Part shown: in pieces, positions 9,079 through 18,700 of the stretch | How the letters are laid out: each line of letters opens with the position of its first letter | Position numbering within the stretch: the stretch's first letter is position 1 | Origin: a virus | Taxonomy: Duplodnaviria; Caudoviricetes | Reading direction: 5' to 3' (one strand) | DNA length: 64,000 bases | Virus record (IMG/VR): IMGVR_UViG_3300032007_000073 | Span: 1-64,000 of that record | Program-made: the position numbers and the translations under genes | The notes under the pieces: generated by a model | Seen by the model: the letters and a program-made list of their open reading frames with translations, nothing else | Told to the model about the DNA's origin: nothing | Databases searched by the model: none

Positions 9079-9960
9079 ATGACGACAAAATTAAATTTGT
9101 ACAACAAAGCTTTAATTAAGTTGGGATGCGAAACAATAAGTGCATTAACGGATAATACAAAGCCGAGAAGATTAATTGATGAAATTTATGACGGGCTTGT
9201 TAAAGAAGAATTGCAAAGGCATAATTGGATTTTTGCTAAGAGTAAAGCTGTATTGTTTGCAAATGATATTTTGGAAACGGTTGAAAATGTTGCAGCCGTT
9301 GCGGTTAGTGATGTTGTGTTAACTTATAATAAAAATGTGTTGACGATAACTGCTGCAAATACAGGTGTTTCGGGAAACGATATCGTGATAAAAAGCACGA
9401 ATAAAAAAGTTGTTTGCAGCGGTGATACTTTGGTAGGCGGCAGTGCCGACACGAAAGCTGCCGGAAAAATAACTTTTTATACGAATATGGATAAGGGCGA
9501 CAGTATAACTATCGGCAGTACTACTCTTGTTGCCGGAACTGTTTTTGAGATAGGTGTTAGCGGTGTTGGTATGTTGCCGAGAGTTTTTGAGTTGCCGCAA
9601 GATTTGTTGTTGTTGCTTGAAATTGACGGATTTAATGCATTATCTACTTATCCGTATCAGTACGGTGCTTACAGACAATATGATGTTGCCGGAAGAAATG
9701 TTTATTGTAATAAAGATAATATAACTGTTTTATATACGGCTTCTATAACTGAAGATAAGTTTGATTTTAATTTTGTTAATGTTGTTTGTTGCAGAATTGC
9801 TTATGAGTTGGCGGATGTGTTAACTCAAGACGATCAGAAAAAACAAACATATATGAACGAGTATCTTTTGGCTGTTAAGGATGCCAAGAGAGTTAATGCA
9901 ATACAGTTGCCTAATGCTTCGTTGGGTAGCGGTGTTACAGAAAGAGCAAGAGTGTGGTAA
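9079..9960 (+). CDS. Tail tubular protein A / adaptor (gp11-like) with internal insertion
   Basis: LYNKALIKLG...WIFA and ...LP.DLL....YTA...E..FD..F...IAYELA halves separated by about 100 extra residues. Confidence 0.8.
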   Translation: MTTKLNLYNKALIKLGCETISALTDNTKPRRLIDEIYDGLVKEELQRHNWIFAKSKAVLFANDILETVENVAAVAVSDVVLTYNKNVLTITAANTGVSGNDIVIKSTNKKVVCSGDTLVGGSADTKAAGKITFYTNMDKGDSITIGSTTLVAGTVFEIGVSGVGMLPRVFELPQDLLLLLEIDGFNALSTYPYQYGAYRQYDVAGRNVYCNKDNITVLYTASITEDKFDFNFVNVVCCRIAYELADVLTQDDQKKQTYMNEYLLAVKDAKRVNAIQLPNASLGSGVTERARVW

Positions 9961-9970
9961 GGGGGTTTTT

Positions 9971-10534
9971 ATGGCTGGTATGGCTATAGCTTCTACGATA
10001 ATATCTGTTGTAAGTGCTGCTGCTCAAGCGGCAAACAGTTATCAAAATTATCAGGCACAAGCACAAGCTGCAAGTGCAAATGCACAAGTTGCCGAAAGTA
10101 ATGCAAGAAATGTTGCTGTGCAAGGTAATTATGCACAAGATGCAAAACTTCGTGAAGGCAAACAGTTTATATCTAATCAGTATGTTAGAAATTTGGTTAG
10201 CGGTGCGGGCGGTGCCGGTACTACCGGAGATAGAGCTGTTGCCAAAAGTGTTTATAATTTGGAAAACGATCTTAATCTTTTATCTTATAATTTTCAAACA
10301 AAGTCCATAGATTTTTTAAATCAGGCAAAAATGTATAAATACGAAAAAAAAGTTGCTAAAGCTAATGCGGCTAATTCGTTGATAGGCGGCGGATTGGGTG
10401 TTGCAAACAGTATTTTTTCAAGTAAAAGTTTTGACAGAAACAGTGTTAGCGGCACAAGTACAGGTGGTGCTAATGCTGCGGTTAGTCCTCTTAACAACAA
10501 TGTTCCAACAAGAATAAGTTATTTTTATGAATAG
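9971..10534 (+). CDS. Internal virion (ejection) protein, gp14-like
   Basis: Start refined to ATG 9971; Ala/Gln/Gly-rich helical protein within the tail module. Confidence 0.65.
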   Translation: MAGMAIASTIISVVSAAAQAANSYQNYQAQAQAASANAQVAESNARNVAVQGNYAQDAKLREGKQFISNQYVRNLVSGAGGAGTTGDRAVAKSVYNLENDLNLLSYNFQTKSIDFLNQAKMYKYEKKVAKANAANSLIGGGLGVANSIFSSKSFDRNSVSGTSTGGANAAVSPLNNNVPTRISYFYE

Positions 10535-10542
10535 GTTATAAC

Positions 10543-13500
10543 ATGGCTAAAATCAGAACTATTAAATCAAGTTTTAACGGTGGAGAAATTTCTAAACAGC
10601 TTTTTGGCAGAGTTGATTTAGAGAGTTTTATTGCAAGTAACAAACAAATGAAAAATGTGTTGCCTACGATTTACGGCAGTGCTATGAATCGTGGCGGTAC
10701 AGTGTTTGTTAATGATAACATAAAACATTTTTTTGAAACTTTACAGGAAGTTACCGGAGCAACAAACATTAATTGTGTAAGTATTGATTATACTTTCAGC
10801 CGTTATGTGTTCGGGTGCGACAGCGGATATATTGCAAGGTGCGATTTTGATTTTACTAATGTTGTTGTTGTTCAGCTGGTGGATTACAGCAGTAATCCGT
10901 TAGGAGATATTTTGCAAGTTGCTCAAACAGGTTGGTGGAGCGACAGAAACAGCTATAAAGTATCTACTTCTACGGCAAGTTATAATTTTATACCGAGTGT
11001 TGCCGATTGGAGCAGTTATTCTGTTATAAATACTACGGGCGACACAAATGCAGAAAAGTTGTTTGATTTAGAGCCGTATCGTAATCCGTTAAGAAATACG
11101 GGTAAATTGGCGAGTTTTGACGGGTTGGTGTTAAGATTTTTAACTGTAAAAATCGGCGGAAATTTTGATATTACAGACAGTTGTATAATAAGCGAAAACA
11201 TAACTAACGATTTTGACGGATTTAAAATTGATGATAATAATTTTGTTTTAAGAAATGAAACAAATTTGTATTTTTATCATGACGGAAATGCTGTAAGTTT
11301 GGGAATTGAAAGCGGTACTGTTACAGGTGCAAAGTTGCAAGGCGACAATGTTTATGTTTATGTTTACAAGCAGATTAACAGCAAGTATTGTGTTTGCTGC
11401 AATATTTACAGTTTTACCGGAGAGTTGGTAAAGCAGTTGATACTTGCAAGATATGACAGTGATTTAGGTATAAATAGAGCTATTGTTGTTGATGATAAGG
11501 TTGTTTGTGTTGGTACTGTTAAAAGTGTTTGTATATACAGAAGTACCGTTTTTGAGCTTGATTTTACCGGCACTTGTTTATCTTTGGCAATTAATATCAG
11601 TAACAATGCAATTGTGTTTTGCGATGGCAGTGATAATTTACATATTTTGGACAGTTACAGCTATACCGATACAAACACAAAAAGAGTATTGATACCGTTT
11701 AGAGTTAACAAGCTGATTAATTATGTTGTTGAGTTTGGTAACAATGTAATTAGATTTTATAAAAACAGAGAGTTGGTTAAAGACGGTAACGGCGATGTGT
11801 ATGAGATTGGCAGCCCGTACGGTATAACCGATTTGATTGATGAAGAAGGCAAGTTAAAAATAAGTTATGTGCAAAATGTTGATGTACTTTATATATGCAA
11901 CAAAGATTTTCCGATACAAGTGTTAAAAAGGTATGCAGATGACAGTTGGGTATTAGAAAATTTTATTATTGAAAAAGGTCCGTTTGGTGAAGTAAATACA
12001 GTTAAAAATATGGGTTTAAAATGTTCGGATCATACAGGATTGATAACTGTTGAAACAGAACTTGCTAATTATAATTGTAATGTTGTGCTTTCTTCTTCCG
12101 GTATAAAAGGCTCGTCAAATAGTACAAAATGGTATATTGATGATGTTGAAATTGCATCGTCTAATGAGTATTTGGATTTAAACGAAGCTGCAAGTTTGTT
12201 ATATTCGGTAACAAATCAAGAGTTGATTATTACCGTTCAAGGAAAAGGTTTTTATGTAGAAACTGCTACTGCCGGATATTCCGGTAAAGAATTAAAGTTA
12301 AAAAGATGGACTGCTTTTTATAAAGATACATACAAGGGTACTTTTAATACATCCGGTGCTTCGTTTGATTTGTTTAGTGATAAAGATATAGGTAGGGTAA
12401 TAAGATTAAATTATACGGATTTAGGTACTCAAATGTGGGAATCCGGTAAGAGTATAACTACCGGCGATATAAGAAAAAGCGGTAATAATTATTATGAGGC
12501 GACATCTTCCGGTACAACCGGACAAATTAAGCCGATACATACAGAAGGTAGTGTTAGTGATGGCGGTGTAACATGGTTGTATTTGCATAGCGGGTATGGT
12601 GTTGGAACTATTTGCGATGTTGTAAGTGCAAGCGAAGTTAAAGTTAATGTTGACGGATATATGCCGGATTTTACAGGTGGTACTTATTTGTGGGAGTTAG
12701 GTATTGTCGGCGGTGGGGTGTATCCGAACTGTTGTGCTTTTTATAAAGAAAGGTTTGTTTTTTCTATATCTACCGATAAAGGTACAAAGATTTGTGCTTC
12801 GTGTGCGGGAGATTATAATAATTTTAGCGATAACAGTTTTGGTGATATTCTTCCGGAAAATGCGATAACTGTTCTTTTGCAGGGTAATCAAGAAAGTATG
12901 GTGTTGTGGATGGCTGCGATGAATAAGTTGTATATAGGTACAGCTTGTGAAGAATTTATTTTTGGTGAGCAAACTATTGCGGAAGTGTTATCACCTACAA
13001 ATGTTATGTGTGTTAAAGTATCTTCGTTAGGATCTGCGGCAATTATGCCGTTACATATTCTTGATGAACTTTTCTTTGTTTCCAATAACGAAAAACAAAT
13101 TGCTAATTTTACTTATATTGCCGAGAGAGATAGTTTTAGACCGATGAACATTTCCGTTATGTTTGAGCATTTATTACATAACGGAGTAAAGTGCTGGACC
13201 TATACTTGTGAGCCGTATAAAACTATTTGGTTTAGCGATAAAGACGGCAATTTAAGAAGTATAAGTTATGATGCGGATAATAAAGTTTGTGCCGGTGCAA
13301 GACACGATATAGGCGGTAAAGTTGTAAGTTTGGCTGTTATACCTGAGCCAAACGGCAACTATGATGAACTTTGGATGATAGTTGAAAGAGTTGTTGACGG
13401 GCAAACTTGCTATTTTACTGAAAGGTTGAGTTGGGGATTGCCGCAGGAAAATGTTAGTAACGAATATAAAAACAAGTGTCAAATATACAGTGATTGTGCA

Positions 13501-13971
13501 AAGGTGTTTGAGTTTGGAGATAATGTTACGGATGTTTGCGGACTTTACTTTTTGGAAGGTAAGACGGTAAATGTGTTGGTTGACGGAAAAATACAAAATC
13601 AAAAGACGGTTGTTGACGGGACAATTTCGTTAGATGTTGCCGGAAAGGTTATTGTTGTTGGTGTGGGGTATGAGTGGTTGATTGAAACTCTTTATGTAAA
13701 TGTCGGTGCTAATGACGGGACTGCTCAAGGGTTGCCGCAAAGAGTAAGCAAGATAATTGCAAGAGTAATTGATACAAGATATTTTGAAAGTAAAGCTACT
13801 GACGGAAACAGATATGAAGTTATTTGTGATAAAGATGTTTTGACGGATGATGATTTTGATGTGCATATACCTTCCGACTATTCTAAAGTTATGACACAGT
13901 TTTTTAAGGGTGATAAGCCCGTAAGTTTTTGTATTTTGATGTTGGTTGGAGAGATGAAAACTTATCAATAA
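10543..13971 (+). CDS. Tail tubular protein B / nozzle (gp12-like), enlarged
   Basis: SFNGGEIS...GRVDL, YVVEFGNNVIRFY, YP.CCAFYKERF, SC.GDY.NF motifs; 1142 aa. Confidence 0.9.
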   Translation: MAKIRTIKSSFNGGEISKQLFGRVDLESFIASNKQMKNVLPTIYGSAMNRGGTVFVNDNIKHFFETLQEVTGATNINCVSIDYTFSRYVFGCDSGYIARCDFDFTNVVVVQLVDYSSNPLGDILQVAQTGWWSDRNSYKVSTSTASYNFIPSVADWSSYSVINTTGDTNAEKLFDLEPYRNPLRNTGKLASFDGLVLRFLTVKIGGNFDITDSCIISENITNDFDGFKIDDNNFVLRNETNLYFYHDGNAVSLGIESGTVTGAKLQGDNVYVYVYKQINSKYCVCCNIYSFTGELVKQLILARYDSDLGINRAIVVDDKVVCVGTVKSVCIYRSTVFELDFTGTCLSLAINISNNAIVFCDGSDNLHILDSYSYTDTNTKRVLIPFRVNKLINYVVEFGNNVIRFYKNRELVKDGNGDVYEIGSPYGITDLIDEEGKLKISYVQNVDVLYICNKDFPIQVLKRYADDSWVLENFIIEKGPFGEVNTVKNMGLKCSDHTGLITVETELANYNCNVVLSSSGIKGSSNSTKWYIDDVEIASSNEYLDLNEAASLLYSVTNQELIITVQGKGFYVETATAGYSGKELKLKRWTAFYKDTYKGTFNTSGASFDLFSDKDIGRVIRLNYTDLGTQMWESGKSITTGDIRKSGNNYYEATSSGTTGQIKPIHTEGSVSDGGVTWLYLHSGYGVGTICDVVSASEVKVNVDGYMPDFTGGTYLWELGIVGGGVYPNCCAFYKERFVFSISTDKGTKICASCAGDYNNFSDNSFGDILPENAITVLLQGNQESMVLWMAAMNKLYIGTACEEFIFGEQTIAEVLSPTNVMCVKVSSLGSAAIMPLHILDELFFVSNNEKQIANFTYIAERDSFRPMNISVMFEHLLHNGVKCWTYTCEPYKTIWFSDKDGNLRSISYDADNKVCAGARHDIGGKVVSLAVIPEPNGNYDELWMIVERVVDGQTCYFTERLSWGLPQENVSNEYKNKCQIYSDCAKVFEFGDNVTDVCGLYFLEGKTVNVLVDGKIQNQKTVVDGTISLDVAGKVIVVGVGYEWLIETLYVNVGANDGTAQGLPQRVSKIIARVIDTRYFESKATDGNRYEVICDKDVLTDDDFDVHIPSDYSKVMTQFFKGDKPVSFCILMLVGEMKTYQ

Positions 13972-13994
13972 TTTAACGGCAAAGGAGTTTTGAA

Positions 13995-15719
13995 ATGGCT
14001 AATGATATATATAAAAAAAATGTGTTACCGGATGGCACTGTAAGACCTATTGCAAATGCTGCAAGAGTGATTAATCCGCTTGAGCCGTTAAATGATACCG
14101 CAAGAATAGCAAATAATTTAGCTGTGCAATATAAAAAAATTGAGCTTGAAAATGAGCAAGTAAAACAGGATCAGTTTGAAAGTGATTTAAAATTAAAGCA
14201 AGCAGAGTTTAACAATAAACTTGAAACTATAACTAATCAGCAAGAGTTTGATAATGCTATAGCAGATTTTAACAGCAGTATAGATACTTTAGGAGTTAAA
14301 GTTTTAGGAAGCGAAGATGCTTATAACAAGTGGAGCAACGAGAAAGGAAGAAACTATAAAGCACTTGCGAATTTGGGTTATAAAAGTATTTGGGCTAAAA
14401 ATTTACAGAAACAAAATTATGCAAATATGGGTACTACCGTAAGTAATTATGCGACACTTGCGGCACTTGATCCGGCAAGAAAAGATGCTTTTGTGAAACA
14501 AGCCGAAATGGATATAAACAGTAAAGCTCTTACTACGGAACAGAAACTATCTTTACAAAACAAATTTAAAGTGGAGCTTGCCAATGCGGAAGTTGTGAGA
14601 GATATAAAAAATAATCCGGGCGATGCTTTGGATAAGTTAAAAGCAATAACTAAAGATAAAGACGGAAATGTTAAAAACGATAAACCTACTTATTATGACG
14701 GGTTAACTCCGGTGCAGCGACAAAAGTATATTGAGCAGGCAAAAAAAGAGTATGATGCACAATTAAATACTTATCAAGATAAAAAAATAAATAAGTTAAA
14801 AGAACAGTTTAATTATTTGTATCAAAACGAAGGATATGACAAAGCTTATCAATTTATGCAAGATTGTGTTAAAAATGTTGACGATATAGTTAAACAAGAA
14901 AATATAACACAAGAGCAATTTCAATCTTTTAGATCTTATGCTTCCGGTATGCTTAAAGAACAGAACTCTGATTATGCACAAGTTAACCAAAACAAGTTTG
15001 GCGATTTGCAAGTTGAGATGAAAAAGTTGGGTATTAAGTTAGATAAGAAAGGTGATTATGTTGTTGATTTTAAAGAAAAAAGAAATGTTGAAAGTATTGT
15101 TGAAACGATAAACAATATTGATGAAGGTATAAAAGACGGCAGTTATTATACCAATCAAAAAGCCGTAACTAAAATGAGAAGTGCTTTGAGAGTTGCTTTA
15201 GGCGATATGGTAGATAAAAAAGTTAGATTGAGAGATACGGATGTTGAAGGACAAACAACTTTTGGCGGTATTTTGAAAGGTAACGGAATAGGCGGCGATA
15301 CAACTGCAAGCGAGTATATTGCAGATAGTATTTTGAAAGTTTTAAAAAACAAAACAAACAGAAATAATTTTAATTTAGACAAAATTTCCGTTACGGATAA
15401 GGGCGAAATATTTGAGCATGTGTATAAAACAGCTATGGCTGCCGGAATAGATTTGAAATCTTATTATATAAACGATAAAGAAAAGATAGATAAAATAACA
15501 CAATCTGTGTTTAATTGGATGATACAAAACAGATTTGATGTGCCGCAAAAAGAGTATGGTGCTGTTATAGGTGACGGCAATATGTATGATACAAATAATC
15601 CTAAAGCTAACAGTAATATTGGAAAAAAATCTGTAGGGTACGGAAATTATGTTATTGACCGTAACGGTGTTATAAAACTTACAGATAATAACGGTAATAT
15701 TATTGATGAGGTAAGGTAA
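13995..15719 (+). CDS. Internal virion (ejection) protein, gp15-like
   Basis: 574-aa helical protein between the nozzle and the largest virion gene. Confidence 0.6.
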   Translation: MANDIYKKNVLPDGTVRPIANAARVINPLEPLNDTARIANNLAVQYKKIELENEQVKQDQFESDLKLKQAEFNNKLETITNQQEFDNAIADFNSSIDTLGVKVLGSEDAYNKWSNEKGRNYKALANLGYKSIWAKNLQKQNYANMGTTVSNYATLAALDPARKDAFVKQAEMDINSKALTTEQKLSLQNKFKVELANAEVVRDIKNNPGDALDKLKAITKDKDGNVKNDKPTYYDGLTPVQRQKYIEQAKKEYDAQLNTYQDKKINKLKEQFNYLYQNEGYDKAYQFMQDCVKNVDDIVKQENITQEQFQSFRSYASGMLKEQNSDYAQVNQNKFGDLQVEMKKLGIKLDKKGDYVVDFKEKRNVESIVETINNIDEGIKDGSYYTNQKAVTKMRSALRVALGDMVDKKVRLRDTDVEGQTTFGGILKGNGIGGDTTASEYIADSILKVLKNKTNRNNFNLDKISVTDKGEIFEHVYKTAMAAGIDLKSYYINDKEKIDKITQSVFNWMIQNRFDVPQKEYGAVIGDGNMYDTNNPKANSNIGKKSVGYGNYVIDRNGVIKLTDNNGNIIDEVR

Positions 15720-18700
15720 TGAACAGCGAAGAAATTTTTAATAATATCAAAAATAATACAAGAACTACTGTAACAAAAGAGTTTGATCCGCAAGAAGTAT
15801 TGAAAAGTATAGGATTGGATAGAACACAAGATATAGATAAAAATGTTGCGGATCAGAAGGTAGAGCCGCAATATGTTGATGCTGATAAGCCGAAATTTGT
15901 GCAACCGGAAAGAAGAAGTTATTTTGTTGCCGGAAATGCTAATAATAACGAAATAAATACTACCGCACAAAGACCTAACGAAATTGAGTATGAAGCGGAT
16001 GTTGTTGATGATGAGAAGAAAAAAGATAATTATTTTGGATTGTCTAAACTTGCTACAAATAAAAAAGATATTGTTAAAAATGCTTTAAAGTATGTTGTGC
16101 AAGCTCCGAACTTGATACAAAATGCTGCAAATACTATCGGTATGTTTACCGGTAAAAGCGGCGAAGATGTTATTAAAGAAGGTGTTAGAGGTTTTGCCGG
16201 AAGTACTGTTGATTTTGCAAGTGCTATGACAAGATTTTTCGGACAGAATTATATGTATTTTAAGGGTATGAAAGATAAGTTGATAGATGAAGCTGCTAAT
16301 ATAGGCAGTGTTTTGACCGGTGGAGAAGATTTTAGTGATGATATAAAACAAAAATATACAGATTTTTATAACAGAATTGACAGACAGACACAAGAGTTTA
16401 AAGATAAAACAGAAAGATTTTTGCAATATACAGGTATAGGTAAAACAGATAAAGACGGATTTATTTATGATTTGGTTGGCGGCGGTGCTTCTTTGTTGTA
16501 TGCGATTGGAGCAACGGTTGTAACTAAAAGCCCGGCATCTGCTGCTGAAGTGTTTGGAGCTTATCAGTACCAAAGTTTGTATGAAGAAGGTATTGAAAAA
16601 GGGTTTTCTCCTATAAAAGCAAGAAGCATAGGTGTTGCCGGTGGTGCGGCAGAAGGTGCTTTAGAGCTTGTAGGGTTGCATGTTTTGATTGAAACTCTTG
16701 CGGCAAGAAAAAGTTTTGCAAAGATTTTAAAATCGGCTGCGACTGAGTTTATTCAAGAAGCTTCGCAACAAGGTGCGGAAGAAATATTAGCAACTACTTC
16801 CGGGATGAGAACTGAAAGTGTAAGCGAGATACTTGCTAATGTTGGGTATGCCGGTTTGATTGGTGCTTTGATTGGTGGCGGCAGTGCTACCGTAAGCAAT
16901 ACAAGATTTGTGCAAAAAATGATTAGTGATAGTGCAACAAAAGAGCTTATAAATATCGGTGTTAAAGATGAGTATGCCAAACAGATGGTAAATAATATGT
17001 TAGATTTTTCCGTAAGCCCGCAAGTTGCCGATGAGTTAAACAGTATGCTTAAAGATGAGCAAAGCCCGGTAACTTATAAAAATGCTGATCCGAGAGAAAC
17101 TTATAAAGAGTTTGGTGATACAGTTAAAAAAGCTTTAGATCCGCAACAGAAAAGAGGAGTTGAGCTTGAATTTTTGCAAGAAAAGAAAAAGAAAATACAA
17201 GAGTATGCGGATGCTTTAATTAACAGCGGTAAGGTTGCAAACAAAGATGAAGCTTACAGGCAAGCGGAAAATGCTGTAAGTTTTTATGATGATTTAGTTA
17301 TGGAAGCTTACAATCAAGACAATATAAGACCTGCCGAATATTATAAAAGGTTTAATGTTAATGCACAGAGTGGAGATATTGAAACAGACGAAAGAAATAT
17401 TGATGATAATAACATAAGTTTGGATGACAGTTTTAATCCTATAGATTTTGATGAAACGGAAAGGGCTAAGTATGAAGCAGAGATTGAAGGGTACGAAGAT
17501 TGGTTAGCGGATGAACAAAAAAGAAGCGGTATTAGAAATAATTTTAAAACACAAAAAAATATTCTTGCCGATATGGGTATAGGCAAGATCAGGAAGCTTG
17601 ATAAGGGTAATGACAGGTACGGAGAGTATGAAGCTTTAAGTCCGAGAATCAAAAGCTCTTTTTTTACGGATGTGCCTACGGCTATGACATGGGATGAGGC
17701 AGAACATATATTGCAGCAGCATAACGGCGACAGTGCTGATATTTTTGATTATTTTGATACGATTGATAAAAGTGTACCTGTAGGGCAAGAGGGATATTTA
17801 CAAAAAGGAATTTTCAATAAAGTTTTGGCTAAAGAGAAAGAAGATATAAAACAGAAAGCTGTTGCAGACGGTACATTTTTGAAAGCTCCGAACGGTAAAG
17901 ACAGTAATTTGCCGGAGCAGCTTTGGTTGGTCGTTAGAACAAAAGCTTTTAAAAATTGGTTTGGTGATTGGTTGAACGATCCACAAAATGCAAGTAAGAT
18001 TGTGGATGAGAACGGAGAGCCGAAAGTTTGTTATCATGGAACACCACTAAGTAGGAAACAGAAAACAAAAAATACCGGATGGTACACAGACGAAAACGGA
18101 GAAGAACATTATCGTAGGCAGGAAGCACCATTTAATATTTTTAGAGGCGGTGCATATAATGGTTTGATATTTTTCTCTACTGATAGAGCAAAAGCAAAAG
18201 AAATTGCTAATTATAGAAGTATGCATATTCAAGATGATGAAAAAGGAAATGAACAATGGACTGAGGAAGGATATGTTTATGATGTATTTCTAAATTCTAA
18301 AAATCCGTTAAATGTTGCAAATAAGAAAGTTGTAAATGAAATTCTTGATAGCATTGGTAATATTGAAGCATACGATTTTTATACTAACAAATTAACGAAA
18401 ATAACAAAAGATGAAGCGGCTGAGATATTGTCCGGAAATAACTCGTGGATGGTTGCAGAAACAAAACAATTCCTTGATGCAATTAAGGCACAAGGATATG
18501 ATGCTTTGCAGGCAAAGGATGAAGGTGTTGAATATACAGCTGTATTCAAACCGAACCAAATAAAATCTATAAACAACAGAGGTACATTTGATACAAATAA
18601 TCCGGATATATATTATCAAGCTGCATATCATGGTACTCCGCACAGATTTGATACTTTTTCTACCGATAAGATAGGTACGGGAGAAGGAGCACAAGCTCAT

